A stretch of DNA of 64,000 nucleotides, from the NCBI GenBank assembly GCA_934434925.1, contig CAKSAC010000001.1, forward strand, positions 20,029-84,028. The letters run 5' to 3'. The notes under the pieces were generated by a model that made no database searches, had not been told where the DNA came from, and saw only the letters and a list, made by a program, of their open reading frames with translations. Below, piece by piece: positions 16,005-26,271 of this stretch (the stretch's first letter is position 1; the number at the start of each line of letters is the position of its first letter). This DNA is from an uncultured Eubacteriales bacterium (GTDB lineage: Bacteria > Bacillota > Clostridia > Oscillospirales > CAG-272). The position numbers and the translations under genes were made by a program.

Positions 16005-17099
16005 ATGAAACTTGGTATCGTAGGATTGCCGAATGTCGGAAAAAGCACACTGTTCAACGCCCTGACCAATGCCGGAGCGCCGTCTGCCAACTATCCGTTT
16101 TGCACAATCGACCCGAATATCGGGGTGGTCGCCGTGCCGGATGTCCGGCTTGACCGGCTGGCCGAAATGTACAATCCGGAAAAATATACTCCCGCCGTCA
16201 TTGAATTTGTCGATATTGCCGGATTGGTGCGCGGCGCGTCTCGCGGAGAGGGCCTCGGGAACAAGTTTCTTGCCAATATCCGTGAAGTGGATGCTATCAT
16301 TCATGTGATCCGTTGTTTCGAGGACGGCAATATTATTCACGTGGACGGCGCGATCGATCCGGTGCGCGATGCCGAAACCATCAACCTTGAATTGATCCTT
16401 TCCGATCTGGAAATCGTGGAACGTCGTCTCGAAAAAACGCAAAAACTGGCGCGCAGCGATAAAGAAGCGGCCAAGGAAGCGGCTGTGCTTGAAAAACTGA
16501 AAGCCGCGCTGGAAAACGGGGCCTGCGCCCGGACGGTTGAATTGGATGAAGAGGAAGAGGCGTTGATTACCGAGACGCGTCTTCTCACACGAAAGCCGGT
16601 CATTTATGTCGCCAATATTGCGGAGGATGAAGTCGGCGGGGAATACGAAAACAATCCGGCATACCGTGCGCTCCGCGACCACGCCGCGTCGGAACACGCC
16701 GGGATTATCGCGGTCTGCGCACAGATAGAAGCCGAGCTTTCGGATATGACGGAGGAAGATAAGCAGGCATTTCTGACCGATCTCGGCATAGAGGAAAGCG
16801 GGCTTGATAAATTGATCCGCGAGAGTTACAGCCTGCTGGGGCTTATCAGTTTTCTGACTGCCGGGCCGAAAGAAGTCCGCGCATGGACAATCAGCCGCGG
16901 TACCCGCGCTCCGCAGGCGGCCGGCAAAATTCACAGCGATTTTGAACGCGGATTTATCCGCGCGGAAGTCGTTCCGTATGAGACCCTGATGCGGGAAGGC
17001 AGTATGAACGCCGTCCGTGAAAAAGGGCTTTTGCAAAGCGAGGGCAAAGAGTATGTGATGCGGGACGGGGATGTTGTCCTCTTCCGGTTCAATGTTTGA
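16005..17099 (+). CDS. ychF: Ribosome-binding ATPase YchF (redox-regulated Obg-family)
   Basis: [22 protein letters not shown]-terminus and a C-terminal TGS-like domain. The in-frame ATG at 16005 replaces the longer ORF-track start. Confidence 0.95.
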   Translation: MKLGIVGLPNVGKSTLFNALTNAGAPSANYPFCTIDPNIGVVAVPDVRLDRLAEMYNPEKYTPAVIEFVDIAGLVRGASRGEGLGNKFLANIREVDAIIHVIRCFEDGNIIHVDGAIDPVRDAETINLELILSDLEIVERRLEKTQKLARSDKEAAKEAAVLEKLKAALENGACARTVELDEEEEALITETRLLTRKPVIYVANIAEDEVGGEYENNPAYRALRDHAASEHAGIIAVCAQIEAELSDMTEEDKQAFLTDLGIEESGLDKLIRESYSLLGLISFLTAGPKEVRAWTISRGTRAPQAAGKIHSDFERGFIRAEVVPYETLMREGSMNAVREKGLLQSEGKEYVMRDGDVVLFRFNV

Positions 17100-17181
17100 T
17101 TTTCAATCCGGAAGGGTCGCCGCGCGGGCTTTCGGTTGCCGGTTCGGGTTCCTTGGCGCAGCGCACCTCATCACAGAGAAA

Positions 17182-17212
17182 AGAGGCAAACCACAGCGGA
17201 TGCCTCTTTTTC
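17182..17212 (+). terminator. Intrinsic terminator after ychF
   Basis: AGAGGCA (17182-17188) pairs with TGCCTCT (17201-17207), followed by TTTTT. Confidence 0.7.
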
Positions 17213-17289
17213 ATTTTCGTCGGTTTTTTATATTCATCGGTTCTTTGTTTTCATCGGGTTTTTATATTCGGCCGGCGCTTTTGGCGTAT

Positions 17290-19470
17290 CTACGGTTTCA
17301 GGCAAAAGTGCGGTGGAGAGTAGAGGATTTTTCCGGCGCGAAAACCGGAAAGCCCGGGGGTGTCCGGCGTTTTTGCAATCAAGACCCCGACTTCGATTTC
17401 CCGGTCGGGGGAGATATATGTTTTTTCCGACGGGCAATCGCCGAGAATCAGAAGGTCCGTCCGCTTTTCGTTCCATGAAAGCGAATCAAGCCCGGATACG
17501 TACAGGATTGTTTTTCCCTTCAGACGGAAGCCTGCCAAATACGCCGGCGCAGAGGAAAAAGGCGACGAGGGGACATAACGGAGAAGATAGGAAAAAGAGC
17601 CGATTGTTGTCTCTTCGGCCGGGAGATGGCCGAAATCTGTCCTGGTTTTTGCCGCGGCGGCCGCGACGGAAGCATATATTTCCCATTCTTTCAGACTTGA
17701 AGGTTTTGGAAACAAAACTTTACGGATTTTGATAGATGTGCAGAAGGTTTGCAGGTATTTTGCGCTGTTTTTGCGGTATTCGGGAAGAATCAGAAGATCA
17801 ATTTCGCCGATTCCTTCCGATTTCATATCCGCGACGAGCGAAGAAACGGAAAAGGGGTCCTGCGAGGCGGAAAAGAACACGGTCCCGTCATCGGTACGGA
17901 AAAAGAGATATTCGCCGACGCTCCGGGCGCGATAGAAAGCGGCGTTTCCGGTCTGCGCCATGAAATGAAACCCCGAGCTGAAAACGCAGAAAGCAAGCGC
18001 CAGCGCAAGAAAATGATATCCGGCAGCCTTTTTCCGGCGGAACGGGAGTACAAGGAACAAAACGACCCCGACCGTTGTCAGCAGAACGGCGAACCGGATC
18101 ACGGGGTGCGAGAGCGGAAAGAGAATACCCGGCAGGGAAGAAAAAGCGCGCACGATACGGAGAAGCAAGGAAGCGACGGGAGAACAGAGCGCGCCGCATC
18201 CCGGAAAAATCAACGTCACGATACCGAGCGCCAGCAAAAGGCTCAGCAAAGGAGAGACAGCCAGGTTTGCTATCGGTGAAATCAGGGAGATTTCCCCGAA
18301 AAGAAACGCGGTTATTCCCGTCGTGAAAAGCATGGCAAAGAGGGTCAGCAAAAGACCGGTGAGAACACCGGAGAAGAACCGGCGGAAGAAACCGTGCGCA
18401 ACGCGGCGGAAAAGTTCCGATCCGACAAGGATTCCGAGCGTGGCGGTAAAGGAAAGCCACAGCCCGATATCGTATATCGCGCCGGGCGACAGCAGAAACA
18501 AGAGCGAGACGGCGACAAACAGCGAAGTGATCGGTTCGGCATCGCGGCGCACGAAAAACCCTGCTTGCGTAATCAGTAACATCAGCGTGGCTCTGACAAG
18601 GGAAGGAACAAATCCGGAGAGCGCGCCGTAGAGCGATACGAACAAAAAGAGAAAAAACGCCGATAACCAGCGGGGAGACCTGACCGCACGGAAAAAGGAG
18701 AGAAGCATAGAAGAAAGAACCGAAAGATGCAGACCGCTCAGGGCGAGCGTATGCGAAAGGCCGCTTCGCCGGAACGAAAGCGTTTCTTCCCCCGTGATTC
18801 CGCTTTTATCTGCCAGGAGCAATGCGCGCAACAATCCGGCTTCTTCCCGGCCCATGGCCTTGCCGAGGCGTTGCGAGAAAAGCGTGCGCAGGGCGGACAG
18901 AGAATCCTGTATTTTTTCCGTTACGCAAAGCGAATCGGGATGTTCGATACAGAGAAGGAGAGACAGGGAGGCATTCCCGGCAATCCCGTCGCTTTGACGG
19001 TAAGCGTCCGCCGGAGCCAGACGCGCAACGCATCGGACGGTATCGTGCAGACATACCTCTTCTTCTTCGGGCAGGTCAATGACGGCGCGGAGTGAAACCT
19101 CTTGTCCGTCCAACCGGCAAACGTGCAACAATAATTCATTTTCGCCGTTTTCCGGAGAGATACTCTCCACCTTTCCGCTGACGACATGCGGAGCTTTTTC
19201 CGCCGTGCGGAACGGGCGAAACGAAACAGAATCCCAAAGCAAAGTGACACAGCATCCGCTCACAAGTGCCAGCGCACAGAAGAAAAGCAAAAGGCGCTTT
19301 TTCTTTCCGAAAAAGGAGAAAAGCGCCGCCGTCAGCAAAAGAGACGCAGAGAGGATCGGCCATAACCCCTCGGGCATCTGCACATACCGGATGAGAAAAA
19401 CGGCGAGGAGACATCCCGCGATCAGGCAGGTACAGACCTGCGCTAACGGGCGGTTCTTGTACAGATTCAT
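17290..19470 (-). CDS. comEC: DNA internalization-related competence protein ComEC/Rec2
   Basis: Polytopic membrane core with the competence-domain signature (SGLSHTLALSGLHLS). Start set to the ATG at 19468-19470 (MNLYKNRPL), which forms an ATGA overlap with the upstream kinase stop. The C-terminal beta-lactamase-like region lacks HxHxDH. Confidence 0.8.
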   Translation of the reverse strand: MNLYKNRPLAQVCTCLIAGCLLAVFLIRYVQMPEGLWPILSASLLLTAALFSFFGKKKRLLLFFCALALVSGCCVTLLWDSVSFRPFRTAEKAPHVVSGKVESISPENGENELLLHVCRLDGQEVSLRAVIDLPEEEEVCLHDTVRCVARLAPADAYRQSDGIAGNASLSLLLCIEHPDSLCVTEKIQDSLSALRTLFSQRLGKAMGREEAGLLRALLLADKSGITGEETLSFRRSGLSHTLALSGLHLSVLSSMLLSFFRAVRSPRWLSAFFLFLFVSLYGALSGFVPSLVRATLMLLITQAGFFVRRDAEPITSLFVAVSLLFLLSPGAIYDIGLWLSFTATLGILVGSELFRRVAHGFFRRFFSGVLTGLLLTLFAMLFTTGITAFLFGEISLISPIANLAVSPLLSLLLALGIVTLIFPGCGALCSPVASLLLRIVRAFSSLPGILFPLSHPVIRFAVLLTTVGVVLFLVLPFRRKKAAGYHFLALALAFCVFSSGFHFMAQTGNAAFYRARSVGEYLFFRTDDGTVFFSASQDPFSVSSLVADMKSEGIGEIDLLILPEYRKNSAKYLQTFCTSIKIRKVLFPKPSSLKEWEIYASVAAAAAKTRTDFGHLPAEETTIGSFSYLLRYVPSSPFSSAPAYLAGFRLKGKTILYVSGLDSLSWNEKRTDLLILGDCPSEKTYISPDREIEVGVLIAKTPDTPGLSGFRAGKILYSPPHFCLKP

Positions 19471-20519
19471 GGCGCGACAGGATTTTCGGTCGCCGGGCAG
19501 GGGCCGCCATTTGCGCCCGCGTCTTCCGGAATTTCGCCCGCGTTTTCGGGGCCTGCGCCCGCGTCTTCCGGAGAGGGCGCGCATGCCGCGGCGTCCGTTC
19601 CGATCGAACGACAGGAAACACCGGCCGGCAATACAAATGACAAAACGCGCGGGCAAAGCGATACGCGAAGCTCCTGTGCCTGTTCGATTTCGCCGTCCAC
19701 ACAAATCGGAATTTCCTTCGGGAAACGGAGATAGAGAGAAGAGGCCTGCCGGTAGGTGACGATCTTGCCAGCCTGTTTCAGATGTGTGCCGGCCTTGTAG
19801 GAGCCGACGAGGGCAAGAAAGGTGAAACGGGAGACTTTTTCAATGATATTGACATCAAAAAGCCCGTCGTCGAGCGAAGCAACGGGGTTCGACATGAAAC
19901 CGCCGCCGCAGAATCTGCCGTTTGCGATGGTGATGAGAAGAAGCGGCCGTTCAATGACTTCGCCGGTGCTCAGCTCCAGATGCATCGGCGTTGTCATTTT
20001 GTGAAAAAGCGTGACGGCCACGCCGGATACATAGGCCATTTCGGAAGGGATGTACTTTTTCTTTTTCAGCGTAGTCGCGGCGTTTGCGACATTGCAGTCA
20101 AATCCGATGTTCAGCATATTGATCGAATAACGGTCGTTGTATTTGATAAGATCGAAACGCGCAGGGGTCCCGTCCAATTGCCGGTCTATATCAAGAAAGG
20201 CTGATCGCTCGTCAAAATTCCGGCAGAAATCATTGCCCGTTCCGATGGGAATCAGGGCGAATTCCGCCCGCGCGTCGGCCGGCGCGCCGTTGATGACCTC
20301 GCAGAGAGTTCCGTCTCCTCCGCAGGCGTAAAAACGGTGGAGATTGCCGTCTTCGGAAACGGTTTCGCGCACATAGCGTTCCGCGTCGCCGGGGGCCGTG
20401 GTTTCATAAATGGTATACTCCACGCCGCGGGAATCGCAGCGTTCCCGGATACGGGCGGCCAGCGAGCGGGTCAGCGTTCCTTTCCCGGCTGCCGGATTGA
20501 TGATAAAATGATGTTTCAC
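19467..20519 (-). CDS. Diacylglycerol/lipid kinase family protein (YegS/DagK-like)
   Basis: INPAAGKG N-terminus and GGDGT motif. GTG start at 20517-20519, preceded by GGAGGAG. The C-terminus is a low-complexity acidic/Pro-rich tail. Confidence 0.8.
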   Translation of the reverse strand: MKHHFIINPAAGKGTLTRSLAARIRERCDSRGVEYTIYETTAPGDAERYVRETVSEDGNLHRFYACGGDGTLCEVINGAPADARAEFALIPIGTGNDFCRNFDERSAFLDIDRQLDGTPARFDLIKYNDRYSINMLNIGFDCNVANAATTLKKKKYIPSEMAYVSGVAVTLFHKMTTPMHLELSTGEVIERPLLLITIANGRFCGGGFMSNPVASLDDGLFDVNIIEKVSRFTFLALVGSYKAGTHLKQAGKIVTYRQASSLYLRFPKEIPICVDGEIEQAQELRVSLCPRVLSFVLPAGVSCRSIGTDAAACAPSPEDAGAGPENAGEIPEDAGANGGPCPATENPVAP

Positions 20520-20669
20520 AGACACTCCTCCGATATGATGATGCCGACCGTAAAAAAGGCGGCGGAGAAAACAAGAGCAATACGGGCCGCCTATTCCGCT
20601 CTTCCGGTTTTCAAAAACCGGGGCGGCATTGTTTTGGCGATACGGCGGTTCCGGCGATGATACGCGGGT
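20520..20669 (-). promoter_or_regulatory. Leader with intrinsic terminator (attenuator or ~110-nt small RNA) upstream of the lipid kinase-comEC pair
   Basis: Minus-strand elements: CCGGTTT-ttga-AAACCGG; AAGAGC...GCTCTT; then AGGCGGC (20586-20592 on plus) paired with GCCGCCT (20557-20563 on plus), followed by TTTTTT. This ends ~30 nt before the RBS. Confidence 0.45.
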
Positions 20670-20698
20670 ATTATACAATAAATCTGCGGTTCTGTCAA
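20670..20698 (-). promoter_or_regulatory. Consensus sigma-A promoter
   Basis: Minus strand TTGACA (20693-20698), 17-nt spacer, TATAAT (20670-20675). Begins 14 nt after the rarA stop. Confidence 0.7.
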
Positions 20699-20711
20699 AT
20701 CTTTTGTGTAT

Positions 20712-21944
20712 TTACGGTTTTTTTTGCCGGATGAGGTCGTAATAAGCGCGTGCGGCCTGCTCGGTCTTATTTTGCCCGAATGTGTAGTAACGTTTTCCGA
20801 CGAGGTCTTCCGGCAGGTAGGTCTGCTCTGTATAGTGGTTCGGGTAATCGTGCGGATATTTATATCCCTTGAAAAGCGGGGAACGCAAATGCTCCGGGAT
20901 CGTTTGACCGCGCCCGGCTTCCACATCTTCCCGCGCGGCCCCGTATGCGACGTAAGCGCTGTTGGATTTCGGCGCGGTGGCCAGCATGATGACGGCGTTT
21001 GAAAGGGGGATGGCGGCTTCGGGGAGACCCAGTTCATTGGCGCTTTCCACGCAAGCGCGCACAATGACGGCGGCCATCGGATAAGCAACGCCGATGTCTT
21101 CGCTTGCAATGACCTGCAGCCGGCGCATTGCGGCGGACAGATCCCCGGCGGCCAGAAGTTTGGCGAGATAAAAAATTGCCGCGTCGGGGTCAGAACCGCG
21201 AATCGATTTCTGTAAGCAGGACATCAGATCGTAGTGACCGTCTCCATGGGGGTCAAAAGAACCGGAAAAAGAGGGAAAGAGCGCGTCACAATCTTCATTC
21301 CGGAGCGTTTCATCGGCGAGATAATAGGCGCTTTCCAGCAGGCCGACGGCCGCACGCACATCCCCGCCGGAACGCGATGCCAGCGTAAAGAGAAAGTCCT
21401 CTTTCGCCTTTTTTTGCGTGTCGTTTTCCTGATTCAGCCTTTCAAGCGCACGGGCGAGGAAAGGCAGCATTTCGGCAGGGGCAACAGGGCGGAATTCCAA
21501 GACCGCGGAACGTGACAGGACAGCCGGATAAATGGCGAAATAAGGATTTTCCGTGGTAGAAGCGATCAGGATCACGCGGCCGTCTTCCATATATTCCAGC
21601 AACGACTGCTGTTGTTTTTTATTGAAATACTGGATTTCATCCAGATAGAGCAGAACGCCGCCGGCCCCGAACATATTGGAAGTCTCGCCGATAACGGCCT
21701 TGACATCGGCAAGCGAAGCGGTGGTCGCATTCAGCCGGCAAAGATGGCGGTCGCTGGCGGCGGCAACGATCCGCGCGGCGGTCGTTTTCCCGGTTCCGGG
21801 AGGGCCGGAGAAGATCATGTTTCCGACAGAGCCGCTCTCCACCATGCGGCGTAAAATTCCATGCGGTCCGACAAGATGGTTCTGCCCGACCATTTCTTCA
21901 AAGGTTTCGGGGCGGACGCGGTCTGCCAGCGGCTGATAACTCAT
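20712..21944 (-). CDS. rarA: Replication-associated recombination protein A (RarA/MgsA AAA+ ATPase)
   Basis: 410-aa ORF. Walker [10 protein letters not shown] and a C-terminal MgsA_C-like region (HLRSPLFKGYKYPHDYP). Confidence 0.9.
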   Translation of the reverse strand: MSYQPLADRVRPETFEEMVGQNHLVGPHGILRRMVESGSVGNMIFSGPPGTGKTTAARIVAAASDRHLCRLNATTASLADVKAVIGETSNMFGAGGVLLYLDEIQYFNKKQQQSLLEYMEDGRVILIASTTENPYFAIYPAVLSRSAVLEFRPVAPAEMLPFLARALERLNQENDTQKKAKEDFLFTLASRSGGDVRAAVGLLESAYYLADETLRNEDCDALFPSFSGSFDPHGDGHYDLMSCLQKSIRGSDPDAAIFYLAKLLAAGDLSAAMRRLQVIASEDIGVAYPMAAVIVRACVESANELGLPEAAIPLSNAVIMLATAPKSNSAYVAYGAAREDVEAGRGQTIPEHLRSPLFKGYKYPHDYPNHYTEQTYLPEDLVGKRYYTFGQNKTEQAARAYYDLIRQKKP

Positions 21945-21956
21945 AGGAGACTCCTT

Positions 21957-24101
21957 TCAGGAAAGAGTATTTTCGTTGACGGTAAAGTGGCGGTGTACTT
22001 CTTCCCGGAGAGCAAGATGCTCCGGCCTTGACAGTTCCGGGTCTTCGGCGAGAAGGCGGCGCGCGTCGGAAAAAGCGTTCTCCATGAGGGCGGTTTCACG
22101 GCAAAGGGCGAGAAGTGGGAGATCGATCCCGCCACTCTGACGGAGAGAACGCCCTGATGCCGATGCAAGGAAATCTCCGGGGCCGCGCAGGGCAAGGTCA
22201 CGTTCCGCAATCTCGTACCCGTCGTAGGTCGTGCAGAGGGTGCGCAGGCGTTCACGCGTGATGTCCGCCGCGCTGTCGGACACAAGAAAGCAATAGGATT
22301 TTTTGGCTCCGCGCCCGACGCGCCCCCGCAACTGATGCAGTTGGGAAAGGCCGAATCTCTCGGCGTTTTCGACCACCATCAGGGTGGCGTTCGGAACATT
22401 GATGCCGACCTCGATCACGGTCGTGGAAACGAGAACCGAGATTTCCCCGGTCGAAAAACGGTGCATAATCTCCTCTTTCTCGGAAGATCTCATGCGGCCG
22501 TGCAGACAGCCGACCGAAATGCCGGGCAGGGCCCCGGAGAGTTCTTCGGCGCAACCGACAGCGCTCAAAAGAGGAGCGGAGGAAGAGAAGAGCTGCCCCT
22601 TTCCCGCAAAGGCGCTGATGGGAACGGTTCCGTCTGCGTCTTCAATGCTCGGGCAGACGACAAAAACCTGCCCGCCGTCTTTGACGGTCTTTCGGATAAA
22701 ATCATGCAGGCGATGGCGCAGGGCGTTTCCGATCAGATGCGTTTCCACCCGTTGTCTTCCGCGGGGCATTTCGGTAATGCGGGAAACGGCCAGGTCGCCG
22801 TAGAGCGCCAGTGCCAGCGTGCGCGGAATCGGGGTAGCGCTCATGACAAGCAGATGCGCCGCTTCGTTTTTTTCTTTCAGTACGGCGCGTTGCGCCACGC
22901 CGAACCGGTGTTGCTCATCTGTAACGGTCAGTCCGAGTTGCGAAAAAATCACATCTTCTTCCAACAATGCGTGTGTGCCGATAAGCACATCGCAACGGTC
23001 CTGCGGTTCCTCGGCCGTGAGCGCTTCCAGAATACGCTTTCTTTCGCTTTTCGGGGTAGAGCCGATCAGCAGTGCGGTTTTGACCCCGAGCCTTTCAAAA
23101 AGCGCGGAAAGATCGGCAAAATGCTGTCGGGCAAGAATTTCCGTCGGAGCGAGCAACGCGCCCTGCAACCCGTTCAGGAAAGCGATATAAAGCGCGATGG
23201 CGGCGCACACGGTTTTCCCGCATCCAACATCGCCGACAAGAATCCGCGCCATCGGTACGGCGCGGGTACCGTCTCCGCGCATATCGGCGGCAATCCCGCG
23301 CACGGCATCTTTTTGCGAATCGGTGAGTTCGTAAGGCAAAAGAGCAAGCAGAGCCGACACATTCTGCCGGACGCAGACAGGCGCGCTTTTTTCCCGGCGG
23401 CAAAAATCGGAGAGGGCGGTCGCCAAGGAAAAGGAGAGAAGCTCATCATAAACAATACGACGCAGGGCCGCGGAATTCCCTTCGGCATTTCCGGGTTCGT
23501 GCAGGGCGCGCAGTGCGGCCGGAAGAGAAGGAAATCCGTAGATTTTGCGCAGGGGTTCCGGTAAGGGGTCGGTCAACTGATCCACCAGAGGGAGCGCGGC
23601 GGCAACCGCCCGGCCGACGGCCTTGTGGGTCAGCCCTTCACTCAGCCCGTAACGCGGAACAAGATCCGGCAGACGGCCGCCTTCGGGAGCCTCTTCATAG
23701 GCGGGGTTTGAAAGTTGCAGTTTTTTACCCGACGTGAAAAATTTGCCGAAAAAACGGTACTGCTCCCCCACGCGAAACACCTTTTCGCAGTAAGGCTGAT
23801 TAAAAAAAACAATCTCGATTTTTCCGCTTTCGTCAAATGCGCGGAATTTTGTCAGGGTCATGCCGCGCCGGATGGTTACGCTTTTAGGCGGCGTATCGAC
23901 GGTCAGCAAAAAGGCATGCGTTTCTCCGTCTGCCATGACATCCGCAAGACGGCGGATATCTCCCCGGTTTTCATAGGCGGTGGGGAAGTGATACAAAAGG
24001 TCGCGCACGGTGAAAACCCCGATACGCGCGAAGGCCGCTTCCCGTGTTTTTCCGATCCCGGGCAACATCGATACGGAACTGTCGAGCGTCAGCGTAGCCA
24101 T
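21957..24101 (-). CDS. recG: ATP-dependent DNA helicase RecG
   Basis: Wedge/OB N-terminus and SF2 helicase motifs (GDVGCGKT, DEQH, TATP-like SATPIPRT). ATG at 24099-24101, preceded by AGGAGGGG. Confidence 0.9.
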   Translation of the reverse strand: MATLTLDSSVSMLPGIGKTREAAFARIGVFTVRDLLYHFPTAYENRGDIRRLADVMADGETHAFLLTVDTPPKSVTIRRGMTLTKFRAFDESGKIEIVFFNQPYCEKVFRVGEQYRFFGKFFTSGKKLQLSNPAYEEAPEGGRLPDLVPRYGLSEGLTHKAVGRAVAAALPLVDQLTDPLPEPLRKIYGFPSLPAALRALHEPGNAEGNSAALRRIVYDELLSFSLATALSDFCRREKSAPVCVRQNVSALLALLPYELTDSQKDAVRGIAADMRGDGTRAVPMARILVGDVGCGKTVCAAIALYIAFLNGLQGALLAPTEILARQHFADLSALFERLGVKTALLIGSTPKSERKRILEALTAEEPQDRCDVLIGTHALLEEDVIFSQLGLTVTDEQHRFGVAQRAVLKEKNEAAHLLVMSATPIPRTLALALYGDLAVSRITEMPRGRQRVETHLIGNALRHRLHDFIRKTVKDGGQVFVVCPSIEDADGTVPISAFAGKGQLFSSSAPLLSAVGCAEELSGALPGISVGCLHGRMRSSEKEEIMHRFSTGEISVLVSTTVIEVGINVPNATLMVVENAERFGLSQLHQLRGRVGRGAKKSYCFLVSDSAADITRERLRTLCTTYDGYEIAERDLALRGPGDFLASASGRSLRQSGGIDLPLLALCRETALMENAFSDARRLLAEDPELSRPEHLALREEVHRHFTVNENTLS

Positions 24102-24195
24102 TTCACACCCCTCCTTTTTCTCTATTTTACAATAAAAATCCCCGTAACACAAGAGGCATAAAACAAAATAAATTAAAAAAGCGCGTCTCTTTCTC

Positions 24196-24224
24196 TTTAC
24201 AAAAGCGTTGAACTCTGTTATAAT
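24196..24224 (+). promoter_or_regulatory. Promoter of gdpP-rplI-dnaB
   Basis: TTTACA (24196-24201), 17-nt spacer, TGT-TATAAT extended -10 (24219-24224). Confidence 0.6.
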
Positions 24225-24268
24225 AACTGTATTATGGGTGTATTTTCCGCTGAAAGGAGAAAAGCGCG

Positions 24269-26269
24269 GTGAAACAGCGTTTCCGCCGGAACTTTCCGGC
24301 CATAGATATCGCCGTTTGCGTCAGCCTCGGCTGCTGTATGCCGGTCATATTCCTGCTTCTGTCGGCGCTCTTCCCGGGCGTCCATGCAGCTTTCCCCGTT
24401 CTTGTTTCCGTTTTGGTATATTTGTCCTTGTTGTTCATATATGCCGGGTACCGTTTTCGCCAGCTGAGCGCAGACCGCGATATTTTTACGGCACAGACAG
24501 AGCCGGAGTCCCTGTACATCAGTCTGGAAGAGGTGCGTGCGCCCCTGCTGCTTTGTGACCGGAACGGCCGCGCCGTTTTCTGCAATCCCGCATTTCTGAC
24601 GCTTTCCGGCCGGGAAAGCGTTCCGGCAGGCACTCCTTTTTCGGAGATTTGCACGCTCCGTTTTCCGGATGAACGGTCTTTCCCGGAGACGACGTTCGGT
24701 TCCCGGCAATGCCGGATTCTGAAATCCCCGTTCTATATTCGGAAGGAAACCTACAATCTGTTCCTGTTTGAAGATGAAACCGAAAAACAGGAAGCGCTCC
24801 GGATGTATGCCGATGACCGTGCGGTGATTGCGTACGCGATTATCGACAATCTGGAAGAGCTTTCGCAATTCGTGCAGGACAAGTATACGCGCGTCACGGC
24901 CCTTGTGGAAGAAAAATTGCGGGAGTTCGCGGCGGAAGCCCGGGGAATTCTGCGCGCGTATGACCGGAACAAATATCTGATTATTTTTGATAATTCCTAT
25001 CTTGAACGGTGTCTGGACGACCGGTTTTCCGTTTTGGATGAGATTCGGAGCATCCGCGTCGGCGACAGCGTACCCGTCACGATCTCGATGGGGGTCTGCC
25101 GGATGCGGGGTGAAACGCTTGCTTCCCGCGAAGCGGCGGCGCAGTACGCGCTTGACCTCGCATTGCAGCGGGGAGGCGACCAGGTCGTATTTCGCGATGA
25201 CGGAGACGTTTCTTTCTTCGGCGGAAAGACAAAAGCCGGCTACAAGCGTATCAACATCCGCGCCCGGGTGGCGGCAAGGGAACTGCTTTCTTTGATTACG
25301 CGGGCGGACAACGTGCTGGTGATGGGCCACCGTTTCGGCGATTATGATTCTTTTGCTTCGGCGGTAGGGCTGGCTCGTCTGGCACTCAGCCAGGGGGCGC
25401 GAGTCAATATCGTGGTCAACCGGGATGACGCAAATCTTGAGTCCTGTTTTACCAAGGTGAACCGCCTTTCGGAATACGACGGGCTTTTCGTTGACGGCGC
25501 GCGCGCCGAAGATTTGCTCGGTAGCGGAACGCTTCTGATTGTTACCGACGTGAACAATCCAAACTATGTGGAAGCTCCCGCTTTGATGAAACGAGCCAAA
25601 ACCGTGGCGGTAATCGACCACCATATCAAAACCGTTACGTTCAATTCTGCGGTGAAGCTGGAATATATCGAGCCTTCCGCCTCCTCTGCATCGGAACTGG
25701 TATCCGAGATGATTGAATATGTGGCCGGGGAGCGCATCCTCCGTCCCGAAGAGGCCGAACTTCTGCTGTCCGGGGTGTTGCTGGACACCAAGCGGTTTAC
25801 GCGCAATACCGGAACGCACACCTTCTCGGTCGCCCGCTTTTTGCGCGGAGCAGGGGCCAACCCGGAGGGGAGTTATGAATTCTTCAAAGCTACGCCGGAG
25901 GATCTGGCAAAAGAAGCGCGTTTCAACAGCGGCGTGGTGATTTACCGGAGGCAGGTCGCAATCGCTTCCTGCGACGGAGAAGATGTCGATATTTCGTACC
26001 GGGTCGCGGCGGCCAAAGCGGCGGACGGATTGCTGGGCGTCAAAGGCGTTACCACCGCTTTCGCTATCGTTAAAATTGAAAACACTGTGTATATTTCCGC
26101 CCGTTCGGACGGGTCTGTCAATGTTCAGAGGATTCTTGAACCGCTGAACGGCGGCGGGCATTTTGATGTGGCGGGGGCGCAGATACAAGAAGGAACCGTG
26201 GAGGGCGTGGTTGAAACGCTCCGCGAGGCGATTGATAACTATTTTGAAACACAACACAAGGAGGAATGA
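24269..26269 (+). CDS. gdpP: GdpP/YybT-like cyclic-di-AMP phosphodiesterase (2 TM + PAS-like + degenerate GGDEF + DHH/DHHA1)
   Basis: 666 aa. N-terminal TM helices, a DHH motif (VIDHH) and a GGGH motif (LNGGGH). Conserved position upstream of rplI-dnaB, as in Bacillus yybT. GTG start after AAAGGAGA. Confidence 0.8.
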   Translation: MKQRFRRNFPAIDIAVCVSLGCCMPVIFLLLSALFPGVHAAFPVLVSVLVYLSLLFIYAGYRFRQLSADRDIFTAQTEPESLYISLEEVRAPLLLCDRNGRAVFCNPAFLTLSGRESVPAGTPFSEICTLRFPDERSFPETTFGSRQCRILKSPFYIRKETYNLFLFEDETEKQEALRMYADDRAVIAYAIIDNLEELSQFVQDKYTRVTALVEEKLREFAAEARGILRAYDRNKYLIIFDNSYLERCLDDRFSVLDEIRSIRVGDSVPVTISMGVCRMRGETLASREAAAQYALDLALQRGGDQVVFRDDGDVSFFGGKTKAGYKRINIRARVAARELLSLITRADNVLVMGHRFGDYDSFASAVGLARLALSQGARVNIVVNRDDANLESCFTKVNRLSEYDGLFVDGARAEDLLGSGTLLIVTDVNNPNYVEAPALMKRAKTVAVIDHHIKTVTFNSAVKLEYIEPSASSASELVSEMIEYVAGERILRPEEAELLLSGVLLDTKRFTRNTGTHTFSVARFLRGAGANPEGSYEFFKATPEDLAKEARFNSGVVIYRRQVAIASCDGEDVDISYRVAAAKAADGLLGVKGVTTAFAIVKIENTVYISARSDGSVNVQRILEPLNGGGHFDVAGAQIQEGTVEGVVETLREAIDNYFETQHKEE

Positions 26270-26271
26270 AT

